The notes under the pieces were generated by a model. That model was not told where the DNA came from and ran no database searches. It saw nothing but the letters and a program-made list of their open reading frames with translations. Below are positions 1 through 11,296 of a stretch of 64,000 nucleotides of DNA, one piece after another; the first letter of the stretch is position 1, and each line of letters starts with the position of its first letter. Location of the stretch: positions 62,001 to 126,000 of the forward strand of contig NIVC01001747.1 of NCBI GenBank assembly GCA_002269645.1, given 5' to 3'. This stretch comes from Macrostomum lignano. Its lineage: Eukaryota. The translations under genes were made by a program, and so were the position numbers.

Positions 1-1153
1 GGCAAAATGACTTCCTTGCCACAACTTACCTGCACTTTAAAATCAGCGTAAACGGAGATTGAGCCGGTGTTACACTTTAGACTATCCGGGGTTTTTTTTT
101 CTGGCCCGGATATACGAACGCACTTACGATATCCGCCCGGATACTGCCAAGCAAAAAACCTGCTTTGTTTTCTCCTTCCCGGATATCTTGAGCTGCTTTG
201 CATTGTCCGGGCACTTTGAGATGTCTCTCCCGGACATCCTACGGTACTGACTCTGCTATCCGGCCCGGAGATCACAAGAAGGGAAGTTGTCTCAGGACAT
301 CCGACTGTAGGTAGAAAGAGAGGGGTCAGCCTGCGGAGACAGAGGTTTGCTTTAGGACTGCTACTGGAAGGTTTGCTACTGATATCCGGGGCTAGAGAAA
401 TAGCAAAATTTTGAAATCAATTTCCACAAAGTAGAAAAAACTTTTTGCTACTTTTTTCAATTGGCAAACATGTGCGTCATGCTTCTTTAACCGAGTATAT
501 TTTCAATCACTATTTTGCATTTCACACACTCCAAACAGAAGTAAAATTAAAGCTGTTGATACTATATATTGTCAACCACAAAAAACTGTTACTTGATTCA
601 CCAATCTTCATGTACGAGTAATTCGATCAATCAAAACAGGCGATCCGCTGAATGAAGCATGAAGTTTTTGCTCTTTTGTCTGATTTTTCTTTTTAGATCA
701 TCTCTCTCTCGTACTGGAATTTTCCGGCTGCTCAACATACAGCTCGTCGTTCAAAACAAACCTTTGTAAAAACACTTGGTTCAGCGATACTTTAGCCATC
801 GAGAGATAATAAATTTTCCTAAACGTAGAACTTCGACAAGAAATAAGCTCTATATATCTTAAAAGTTGCGTGTAATATACTCGTAATTTGCGCAACACTT
901 TCCTTTGTCGGCTATTAGCTCGTACACTGATCTTCACTGCACGTACGCTTGTAGTGCTAGCAATGTGACGCCAGTCCATTATCGATTTATTCTTAGACTG
1001 CACCTCATTTGCCCCTCCACTGTCTAAGGTGCAGTCAGGGCCCTTCCTGGCCTCTGAGTCAGCCCCATTCTCTCGAAATGATGTCCTGCCCCATTCACAT
1101 GCGCTTTCTCAGGTAAATAACTTGGCCACCTTGCCACCCAAATCTTAATTTAT

Positions 1154-1870
1154 TCACCCCGGACAATTTAGGACCCCGGATATTTCAAAGCCCGATTTTG
1201 TTGTGCCTTGGATTATCCAGGGTAGGTTATCGCAAAGCGACAATAATTTTGCTTTGCGATGTCCCCCGGATAAATTAAGACCCCGGAGAACAGAAAGCCT
1301 AACACCGGCCACGTCTAGAACACCACTGACATACGCTAAGAAATAGCTCATTAAAATCCAGTTCATGATGACAACCTGAAATCCTTCAGGCTTTTTGCTC
1401 TTCTCATCCAGTCGACCTTTCACCTCCGCCAGACTCAGAGAGCTGATGTTATCGTCATCTTCAAATGCCTCTTCCATGGCTTTTAAGCGTTGAACTTCCT
1501 TGTTTAGGCGACCGGAGACAGTTGCAATCGAAGCGGAGTGTCGAACAGCGGCTGGCTTTGAGGACAGATAAGCCGGTGCATTAGGAAAGATAGTTGGTAC
1601 TGCGTCCTTCTTTAAATACCTTTTCGTCAGCTTGTTCGTTTCAAAGTTCTTCGATCTGCGAAAATTGCTGTCGGAATGTTCCTCGATGAAGTCACTGGGC
1701 ACAAAATGCAGGGAGCACATCCTCGAGTGCTTAGAAGGAACAAAATCTTTTCTTGGGTTGGCTTTCAACCATAAAGCTTGAAAAGAATGAAATGTCACCT
1801 TAGTCTCGACTTGTTGCGAATGATTTTTGTAGCCACTTGTGCAGCCAAATGCACGACACTTGTAATCCAT
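1154..1870 (-). CDS. THAP zinc-finger domain protein (N-terminus typical of P-element/THAP9-type transposases; probably truncated or transposon-derived)
   Basis: Translation shows the C2CH THAP signature: C-x4-C (CRAFGC), FHSF, W/P (LWLKANPR), CSLHF and the terminal AVPTIF box, then a coiled-coil-like stretch. No transposase catalytic domain is recognisable downstream. The last ~40 codons probably run out of the real exon. Confidence 0.8.
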   Translation of the reverse strand: MDYKCRAFGCTSGYKNHSQQVETKVTFHSFQALWLKANPRKDFVPSKHSRMCSLHFVPSDFIEEHSDSNFRRSKNFETNKLTKRYLKKDAVPTIFPNAPAYLSSKPAAVRHSASIATVSGRLNKEVQRLKAMEEAFEDDDNISSLSLAEVKGRLDEKSKKPEGFQVVIMNWILMSYFLAYVSGVLDVAGVRLSVLRGLNLSGGHRKAKLLSLCDNLPWIIQGTTKSGFEISGVLNCPG

Positions 1871-2430
1871 GTTCTTTTAGTAATAGAAACGATTTTAGTA
1901 TATAGGATTGGTGAAGTAAAAACTTGAATCAGTAAGGTAGATTGAGATTGCAGGATAGCAGGTTTGTAGGAAAACTATATTCCTACCATTTTCTTCCTGT
2001 ATTTAATATGAGGACGGGAAGAATGAGAGAGTACATTCAAGAACAAAAAGAAAGAAGAGTGGGATATGTACGGACATGCTAGGGTTGAGTCACACGAAGC
2101 CCAATCTGTACACTGTAATCCCTAGGCCTAGAAACCTTGTATGCACTTGCTCTTAACAAAGACTTGGTTCCGAAGCGCACAAAAATGAAGCTGAAGCACT
2201 GAACAGGTACTTTGTCTCTTCCCTACCCCACCCACATAAAGACCAGAGGAACGAATTCCTAGCTTGAACAGTCTCAAAGTAAGGGGGAGAGAGAGCTCTG
2301 GGTCCGGGACAGAGGGAAAATGCTACCCACTCATTCGTTTTGGCCTTGGCCGTATGTCGTACGCTAAATTAAAATTTTCCTTTTCTGTTTCTTGTCCAGA
2401 CCTTCTACTACTCAAGGGTCCGTGTCACAG

Positions 2431-2656
2431 GTAAGGTTCACAACGTCTCTTTAAAATTCGCTTAAAACATTTACAACCGCAAAGCTGCATTTCTGTTCCC
2501 TCCCCTCTACCGCCTTTCCTTTCTTTCTCCCCCCTCTTTCTCCTTTCCTACCATCTTTTCCTTTGCCTATTTCTCCCTCCCCACTTTATCGCCCCTCTTT
2601 CTCCCTACGTCTCTTTCTCTTTTCTTCTCCCATTCTCAACCTTTCTCATCCAACAG
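2431..2656 (+). other. Probable 5'-UTR intron of cGLR copy 1 with long polypyrimidine tract
   Basis: CAG|GTAAGG donor at 2431, CT-rich tract ~2475-2650, CAACAG| acceptor at 2656. An equivalent arrangement precedes copy 2 (14242-14437). Confidence 0.55.
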
Positions 2657-2669
2657 GCTCCTAAGAACA

Positions 2670-5600
2670 ATGGGTCAAAGTCAAAGTCGCCATCAGCGCA
2701 TCACCATAGACAACATCACGCCAACTGCTCGAGGTGCTGCAACCGAAGGGCACTTATCTGACATCCATCAGGACATTTGCACTGCTGTACGCAAGGGTCG
2801 CTTTGAAGACGTCAAGTTACTCGTTCCACAAATCAATGACCAATCAAACAGGGACACATGCTGCATCAATGCTGCCAAAAGAGCTGCATTTTTTGGTTAC
2901 TTTGAAATCGTCAAGTTTCTCGTCCCACACATCAATGACCAATCAAACAGGGACACCTGCTGCATCAAAGCTGCCAAAAGAGCTGCATTGTTTGGCCGCT
3001 TCGAAGTCGCCGAGTTTCTCCTATCACAAATCAATGGAAAATCAAACAGGGACACCCGCTGCATCAATGCTGCCGAAAAAGCTGCAGTCAAGGGTTACTT
3101 TGAATTCGTCAAGTTTCTCATCGCACAAATCAATGACCAATCAAACAGGGACACCTGCTGCATCATTGCTGCCGAATCTGCTGCACGTAATGGTCGCTTT
3201 GAAATCGTCGAGTTTCTCGTTCCACAAATCAGTGACCAATCAAACAGGGACACCTGCTGCATCAATGCTGCCAAAAAAGCTGCAGTCAATAGTCACTTTA
3301 AAATCGTCAAGTTTCTCGTCTCACAAATCAATGACCAAAAGAACAGGGACACCTGCTGCATCAAAGCTGCCGAAAAAGCTGCAGTCAACAGTTACTTTAA
3401 AATGGTCAAGTTTCTCGTCTCCAGTCACTTTGATATCATCAAGTTTCTCGTCTCACAAATCAATGACCAATCGAACAGGGACACCTGCTGCATCAAAACT
3501 GCCGAAAAAGCTGCAGACAATGGTCACTTTGAAATCGTCAAGTTTCTCGTCCCTCAAATCAATGACCAATCGAACAGGGACACCTGCTGCATCAATGCTG
3601 CCAAAAAAGCTGCAGTCAAGGGTTACTTTGAAATCGTCAAGTTTCTCGCCCCACAAATCAGTGACCAGTTAAACAGGGACACCTGCTGCATCAAAACTGC
3701 CGAAAAAGCTGCAGAAAATGGTCACTTTGAAATCGTCAAGTTTCTTGTCTCACATATCAAGTGCCAATCAAACAGGGACACCTGCTGCATCAAAGCCGCT
3801 GAAAAAGCTGTATTTTGTGGTCAATTTGAAATCGCTGAGTTCCTCATCGCGTGTCTCTCAAGTCCCGATCTAAAAGCGAATCTCCGTTTTCAGTGCGCAG
3901 TCGCGGCTTGCTCTCGTCTTCGCGAAAGTGTCATTGCCTTCCTCGGCGGCCTCGAGCCCGACTGGCTTTTCCAATCCAACACCATCCTCAGCTTCACTGC
4001 AGCAATGGCCATCGAAGGCAGGAACTCTGTTCTCAACAAAACCCTCTCTCGAATGAAGTCGGCTCAAATCACACACCTGCTTCGTCTCTCCATCTCTCAA
4101 AGACACGTCGCTCTTGCCGCCACACTGCTCAATCATGAGCGATTCAGCACACAGAATGTCGATATCCCAGATAAAAACACCGGAGCCACCGCTCTCATGC
4201 TCGCAGCTGATGCAGGTCATCACGAGCTCATTCACAAACTCATCGATCTCGGCGCCTCACTGCACGCTCAAGACACTCACGGTCGCACTGCTCTCTCACG
4301 AGCCTGCCAAGCCGGTCACGTGCGAGCAGCGAAGACTCTCATCGACAATGGAGCCGATGCCAGCCATCGAGACAGTCAGGGCCTCACGTGTGCGCAGCTC
4401 GCACAGCGATTTGAGCAGAGTCAGGTGCTGCGGCTGCTGAATCCCAACAAGTCAGTTTGCATTAGTTGCCATTCTACTCGCAATCACTTCGCTACCTTAC
4501 CTCGCTTTCCTTCACACATTCCAGAAACACACAGCAACCCCAGCCAGACGCTCACTGCCTCCATCCGTGAGTCTGGCCGCTTTTACTGCCACCTGCCTTC
4601 CTTGGATTGAGTGTCCGGGTCGGTTTGGGTGCCCAGTCCCGAGTACAATATATATTATACGTGATATAACAGGCGTTGTGACACTCTGTCTGTACTTTTA
4701 TGAATACGAGCAGGCGTAACGACGCTCTGCGATAATAGTCCGATCCTTCTGGTGTTGTGACACTCAGAGTTCACGCTGCGGCTCGAGGTGTGGTGACACT
4801 CTCGGGTGCTTCTAGTCTCGAGACTGTAGGTTGTACACACTATATAGAGTAGACGGTACAGTACTACAAAAGCTATATGATCTACCGGCGTTATGACGCT
4901 CTGGCAAGAACTCAGCCTAACAAGCTCCCAGAAAAGAAAGAACTCAAACAGCAGGCGGCTTACCAGTGGCCAAATCGCTATTGCGTTCATTGATTCGCTC
5001 GTTGTACAGTGCAGGTTCTAACCTCCGAGATTCTTCTTAAGGCTCTTGTGTTTCTTAGCTAGAGTATTCAATAGCTAGAGTTGCTGTTTAACTGTCTAGT
5101 CTCGCACTTGTACTCTGCGAGCACACCAATTCCAAAGCACGAAACAGCACGAGCAAAACAAACAGAACAAACAGAGAAACAGAGAAACAGAGAAACAGCG
5201 CGAAGGGCGTGAGCAAGGCCTAGAGCCGCATTAAATAATAACCGAACCCTGGGGCCGATGGCCCCACCGGCTAAGCTCACCAAAACAAACCACGCCGGCC
5301 CAGCCAATCAAAACCCCGCCTAAGGGGCGAGGGGCTGCACCCGCGCCAAAGCTGGCCCGGCCGCAGCCAACCAGCCCTGAGCACGGGGCAGGGGCACGGC
5401 TGGGGAGGGGCACGCGCAAAGCACGGCCGGCGGCCAGACCCTGCCACGCCCGCCAACCCCCCAACCAGCCCCAAAGTGCAACGCGCCCTGCCAACTGACA
5501 AGGGCGCATGCACTACATGAGCTTGGCCACTGCAATTTTAAAATCCGTCTCTACTGACTGCACCTGCACTCTGACCTTCAATACTTTACACACTCGCATC

Positions 5601-8600
5601 CTTCCAGACTCTCAGACGAGGAGCTGCATCGACTGCTCAGCGATGCGGGATTCACTGACCAGAGAGCAAAGTGTCAGCAGAGACTGGCTGACAGGCTGGA
5701 AGAAGTGGCTCGAGTCCTCACACAGGATGACGATCGCAGGCAGATGACGGGCAGCTACGCAGAGGGCTGGGCCAACAGTCTGGTGCAAGTGAACGGCAGG
5801 ACAGCTGCAGACTCGGACATTGACTGGACTGTGCTGGTTGCTGGGCAGCAGTTCCATCTGGAAGGTGGCTGCAACAGAGATCGGCAGCAATGCAGAGACG
5901 CCACTCGGCTGCAGGTCACGGAGGGCCACGCACAGGTTGCAGTGGGAGCAGGTGAGTGAGGCTGGGTTCATCATTAGAATGTTGAGATCCGCATGCAACT
6001 AGGAGCAAGTTAACTTTGCTCAATTTCAAATTCGCCCGAGTGGCGAACAAGAGTCCAGCAGCTTCTGTGACTGCGAATGTCGGCTTGGGTGCTGAAACAA
6101 GCGGCAGGCGAAATTGAAAAGAAAACTCTGATGCCGACTGGCTGAGCCGGGCCATTGGGTTTTGAATTCACAGGCTCCGATTGCAGCAGAGTGGGTGCAG
6201 CGGTGCTTGGGTGACCCACGGTAGGCGGCACGGCTCTGCGTAGGTGCCGCTGCTCTCAGTTCAAAAATTCAAATAAAATTGGAAAAGCCGCCCTGACTGC
6301 CTGATTGGTGCCTTGCTGCTGGCACTGAGTCCTGATGATGCTTGATCAGCTGTGCTGAGCTGCAACCTGATGAAGCCAGAGCAGCTGAAGCTGAAGCTGG
6401 GCTAACTTAGTGGGTGCAGAGGCTCATGCCTCACAAATGCATATATTTGGCTCTTCAGAGAGCGTGTAAATTCTGTGGAGTGCCAAAAATTGCCAAAGCT
6501 TTGGCGGGTGCCAAAAATCTGCTGAATAAAATTGGAGGACTGAATAAACATTAATAGCATTAGCGCGCATGTGTACATTTGGCGAGTGTGTAAATGGCGT
6601 TTCCGCCAAAACATTTATTGCAGGATTAAATAAAATTCTACCCTTCGTTTCAAAGGATATTTTGAAATACTTAAAACTCCAAACGAGCCAAAAGAAAATC
6701 TGCAGTTTCAAACCAACCAATTTTTTCACTCGACACAAAGCGACTCTCCTCTCACTGCGCTCTTCAGGCAGCCAACCAGCAGTGACAGCCACGGCGTGCG
6801 GTGTGCGGCCTGCACAGGACACGTGCCATGCGATCCTGTGCTGCAGCAGATTCTGTAAGGACAGGATTAAAAAACTGACTGCAAACAGGAATGATGTTCA
6901 CCTCGTTAGGGCGACCAGACCGAGCTCGACCAACGAGCTCAGAGTGAGCTTCAGCTTTCAAGAGAAAGACATCATGAGAGACCTGAGCACAGTCCAGGGC
7001 CAGCTGTTCACACTCATCAAGTTCATCTTCAAGAGACACTTGCCGCTCACTCTGGACACACCTGGACTCAAGACCTACCATGCAAAGACTCTGCTATTCT
7101 TCATGCTGGAGAAGCATGGCACCCATCCTAAAAATGAGGCTTGGCAGCCCCACAATCTGATCGCTCTGCTCAAGGAGTCTCTCGACATGATGCTGAGCTT
7201 CATCGACTCGAGTAGCTCTCCCGATGAGTGCATGCCGCACTTCTTCATGCCCGACGCTCCGCTCTACTTCAAGAACGCTGGAATCGGCAGCAACTTCGAC
7301 AACACGAAGGCGAGGGTACGAGACCGACTTTGTGAGGTGATAAGCGACATCGGCGGAGTGGTCGAGCAGCTGAGGAGACTCGTGAGACCTCTGCGGTCAG
7401 AGAAGTTCTACTTTCACCCGTTCACTCTGCTGCCTCTGACAGCGCCGCCTGCTGTCACGGAGATCAGGAAAGGAAGTGGCTCTCAACAATTGTACTGCAA
7501 GTTCGCAGATGTGTACAGTTTGGTGCACCAGTGTGTGAGCGAGCTGCAGTCGGAATCGAGCGACAGAGACACCCTGATGAGGCAGCTCAGTCTCCTGCAT
7601 GAGCTGCAGTGGTGCAAGTGCGCCGCCCTGTGCATGACCGCCATGGCGCATTTGAAGTTCGGAGAATCTGAGAAGGCTGAGAGACTCGCGATGGAGCTTC
7701 AGAGACATCAGGTTGAATCAGGGTTGATGCCACAGGATATTCAAAACAACGAGAGCTGGTACATGTTCAATAAAATACTGCCAGAAGACTCAGACTGGGC
7801 GTGGAGGTTCTGCCTCCCCTGCGACTCTCCGCCTCGCTTCCCATTCCTTCCCGAGTTCACGCAGACTCTGTTCACAGCCAGACTGTCGCAGCCTCTCTCC
7901 TCCCACCTGTACGTGAACTTCCGCTGCCTGAGCTGGAGTCTCCAAGCTGAGCTGCTCCGCAATCGCGCACCTGTAATCGCATTCGATCATTGGATTGAAC
8001 AGCTGCTTGGAGACCCGGACTTGGAGGAGCTGCTCACTCTGGCTCACTACAGCGACTGCCGCGAGCACGTGGAGCTCAGCCTGCAGCAGATGGAGATGAT
8101 CGAGAAAGAGAGACGCGTCGCCATGGAGACGCAGGACAAGGAGAAGATCGGCTGGGTCAGGCAGAAGCGGTGGCGAGTTTCGAACCGCAGCGGCAGTGAC
8201 AGCGGTGCTCACCGCAGCAGGGAAGATGAGGAGCGGAGGCTGTGGGCGATGGCGAGGCGAGACGGGACCGACTTGGGTCACCTGGTTGCCATGGAAACTG
8301 CAGCGGAGCAGAGAAACAGATGGACTCACAGATGGACTCACGTGTACAGTGTGGTGCACCAGTGTGTGAGCGAGCTGCAGTCGGAATCGAGCGACAGAGA
8401 CACCCTGATGAGGCAGCTCAGTCTCCTGCATGAGCTGCAGTGGTGCAAGTGCGCCGCCCTGTGCATGACCGCCATGGCGCATTTGAAGTTCGGAGAATCT
8501 GAGGAGGCTGAGAGACTCGCGATGGAGCTGCAGATACATCAGGTTGAGTCAGGGTTGATGCCACAGGATATTCAAAACAACGAGAGCTGGTACGTGTTCA

Positions 8601-9385
8601 ATAAAATACTGCCAGAAGACTCAGACTGGGCGTGGAGGTTCTGCCTCCCCTGCGACTCTCCGCCTCGCTTCCCATTCCTTCCCGAGTTCACGCAGACTCT
8701 GTTCACAGCCAGACTGTCGCAGCCTCTCTCCTCCCACCTGTACGTGAACTTCCGCTGCCTGAGCTGGAGTCTCCAAGCTGAGCTGCTCCGCAATCGCGCA
8801 CCTGTAATCGCATTCGATCATTGGATTGAACAGCTGCTTGGAGACCCGGACTTGGAGGAGCTGCTCACTCTGGCTCACTACAGCGACTGCCGCGAGCGCG
8901 TGGAGCTCAGCCTGCAGCAGATGGAGATGATCAAGAAAGAGAGACGCGTCGCCATGGAGACGCAGGACGAGGAGAAGATCGGCTGGGTCAGGCAGAAGCG
9001 GTGGCGAGTTTCGAACCGCAGCGGCAGTGACAGCGGTGCTCACCGCAGCAGGGAAGATGAGGAGCGGAGGCTGTGGGCGAGGGCGAGGCTGCGGCGAGAC
9101 GGGGCCGACTTGGGTCGCCTGGTTGCCATGGAAACTGCAGCGGAGCAGAGAAACAGATGGACTCACGCCAAGCTCAGTCGGATGAGACTGGAGAAGCTGG
9201 AGAGACTTGATGGAGCATCCGAACTACTCCAAGTCAAATCGCAAAACCAAGGTCGCACAAGGAAGACTTTTGTTTTATTTTGTTTTGTTTTGCTGTGGTT
9301 TTGCTTCTGTTTGTCAGTAATTTTTTTACAAAACGAGTACATCGATAGCTGGAGAGACGTTGTTGAATCAAACTGCTTATTCTGA
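2670..9385 (+). CDS. Ankyrin-array + Mab-21/cGAS-like nucleotidyltransferase (cGLR) fusion gene, copy 1; exons 2670-4450, 5608-5951, 6768-9385 (~1580 aa)
   Basis: Donor AA|GTCAGT at 4451 (phase 2) matches acceptor CCTTCCAG|A at 5607. Donor G|GTGAGT at 5952 (phase 1) matches acceptor CTTCAG|GC at 6767. Joined length is 4743 nt = 1581 codons. Exon 1: ten 33-aa ankyrin-like repeats plus canonical ankyrins (GATALMLAADAGH, GRTALSRACQAGH). Exon 2: GSYAEGW...ADSDIDW. Exon 3: QDTCHAI, VHLV, LRVSFSFQEKDI, LIKFIFK, GLKTYHAKTLLF, MPHFF, which are Mab-21 hallmarks. Confidence 0.85.
2832..3854 (+). repeat. Coding tandem array of ten 99-bp (33-aa) ankyrin-like repeats plus one 33-bp partial repeat
   Basis: Consensus INDQSNRDTCCIxAAxxAAxxGHFEIVKFLVxQ repeated 10 times, with an extra HFDIIKFLVSQ after repeat 6. 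Confidence 0.9.
4612..5517. mobile_element. Solo LTR (906 bp) in intron 1 of cGLR copy 1
   Basis: Begins TGT and ends ACA, flanked by a 4-bp direct repeat TGAG (4608-4611 and 5518-5521). The paralogous intron in copy 2 has the empty site (GGTTGAG CTTGGG, ~15835-15846). A 4-bp TSD is typical of Ty3/Gypsy elements. Confidence 0.8.
7511..9172 (+). repeat. In-frame 831-bp tandem duplication of the C-terminal helical domain in cGLR copy 1
   Basis: GTGTACAG... starts at 7511 and 8342 (period 831 = 277 codons) with near-identical translations (VYSxVHQCVSELQ...RWTH). The junction carries a duplicated 12-mer AGATGGACTCAC. Confidence 0.9.
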
Positions 9386-9985
9386 TGCACGCTGACTTGA
9401 TGAGGGTTCTGCGTGATCTGCATGAAAGCCCCTGGAATTTCTGGCTATTGGGTTTAGTTTGTCTTTTAGCTTTTTTGGATTGAGCGCATCGAGTTCGAGC
9501 AGCCCTCCCGCTATGAACTGCAGTTTTATACATTTGCGCTTTAATTAAATTCACACCGCATACTGAACTGCTTTTTCTCTTCAAACTGCGTGTCTGCTTT
9601 GATGCGGGCTTTTCGATTTTGCGATTATGTTCTGCATGTTCTTTATGTTCAATGCACAATTGTTAATGCTGTTTAATGAAATATTCAAGCCAAATGTACA
9701 GGTACATGTAACATTTGTTTGCATCATCCTGCAAAATTTAAAGGTCAGCTGGGTCAGGGAGAAGCTGAAGAGACTTGATGCAGCAGCTTGAGTTTAACTC
9801 GGAATTTTTAAGACCTCTCTGGCGTTTTGAAGAAAATGTGCGGCATATATTTCTGATCACTTTTAGATGTATATTTTTGCTTAAACTATTGTGTGCACAT
9901 GCTCCTTATTCTTTAAGCACCTGCTATCAGAATCATCTCAAACAGTCTGCAAATTTATTTCATCATGTACCCCTGTACCCTGCAG

Positions 9986-11296
9986 TCTGACAGCCTGACA
10001 GCTCCCTCATGAACAGTCACTGACTGACAGCCTGACAGCTCCCTCATGAACATTCAGTGACTGACAGCCTGACAGCTCCCTCATGAACATTCAGTGACTG
10101 ACAGCCTGACAGCTCCCTCATGAACATTCAGTGACTGACAGCCTGACAGCTCCCTCATGAGCATTCAGTGACTGACAGCCTGACAGCTCCCTCATGAACA
10201 TTCAGTGACTGACAGCCTGACAGCTCCCTCATGAACATTCACTGACTGACAGCCTGACAGCTCCCTCATGAACATTCAGTGACTGACAGCCTGACAGCTC
10301 CCTCATGAACATTCAGTGACTGACAGCCTGACAGCTCCTTATGAACATTCAGTGACTGACAGCCTGACAGCTCCCTCATGAACATTCAGTGACTGACAGC
10401 CTGACAGCTCCCTCATGAACATTCACTGACAGACAGCCTGACAGCTCTCTCATGAACATTCAGTGACTGACAGCCTGACAGCTCCTTATGAACATTCAGT
10501 GACTGACAGCCTGACAGCTCCCTCATGAACATTCAGTGACTGACAGCCTGACAGCTCCCTCATGAACATTCACTGACTGACAGCCTGACAGCTCCCTCAT
10601 GAACATTCACTGACTGACAGCCTGACAGCTCCCTCATGAACATTCAGTGACTGACAGCTCCCTCATGAACATTCACTGACTGACAGCCTGACAGCTCCCT
10701 CATGAACATTCAGTGACTGACAGCCTGACAGCTCCCTCATGAACATTCAGTGACTGACAGCCTGACAGCTCCCTCATGAACATTCAGTGACTGACAGCCT
10801 GTCAGCTCCCTCATGAACATTCAGTGACTGACAGCTCCCTCATGAACATTCACTGACTGACAGCCTGACAGCTCCTTCATGAACATTCAGTGACTGACAG
10901 CCTGACAGCTCCCTCATGAACATTCAGTGACTGACAGCCTGACAGCTCCCTCATGAACATTCAGTGACTGACAGCCTGACAAGCTCCCTCATGAACATTC
11001 ACTGACTGATAGCCTGACAGCTCCCTCATGAACATTCACTGACTGACAGCCTGACAGCTCCCTCATGAACATTCACTGACTGACAGCCTGACAGCTCCCT
11101 CATGAACATTCACTGACTGACAGCCTGACAGCTCCCTCATGAACATTCAGTGACTGATAGCCTGACAGCTCCCTCATGAACATTCACTGACTGACAGCCT
11201 GACAGCTCCCTCATGAGCATTCACTGACTGACAGCCTGACAGCTCCCTCATGAACATTCAGTGACTGATAGCCTGACAGCTGCCTCATGAACAGCA
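9986..11296. repeat. 37-bp minisatellite (TGACTGACAGCCTGACAGCTCCCTCATGAACATTCAG/CAC), ~35 copies
   Basis: Directly visible period of 37 (e.g. 10021, 10058), with variant and shortened units. Confidence 0.95.

Noticed and set aside
698-1003. 101-aa ORF as a continuation of the THAP transposase
   Set aside because: No recognisable transposase motifs and no confident splice link.
2734-4440. Overlapping alternative-frame and antisense ORFs across the ankyrin array
   Set aside because: By-products of the 99-bp repeat and codon bias of the real ORF.
6174-6220. Candidate mini-exon in intron 2 of copy 1 (PIAAEWVQRCLGDP, resembling the Mab-21 A-x-E-W-x-x-R motif)
   Set aside because: It is 47 nt long, and in the required phase it hits a TGA. 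It lies upstream of where that motif belongs and has no counterpart in copy 2.
7397-9166. Antisense ORFs over the cGLR exon 3 (also 17851-18599)
   Set aside because: Shadow ORFs of a GC-rich coding strand with no recognisable domains.
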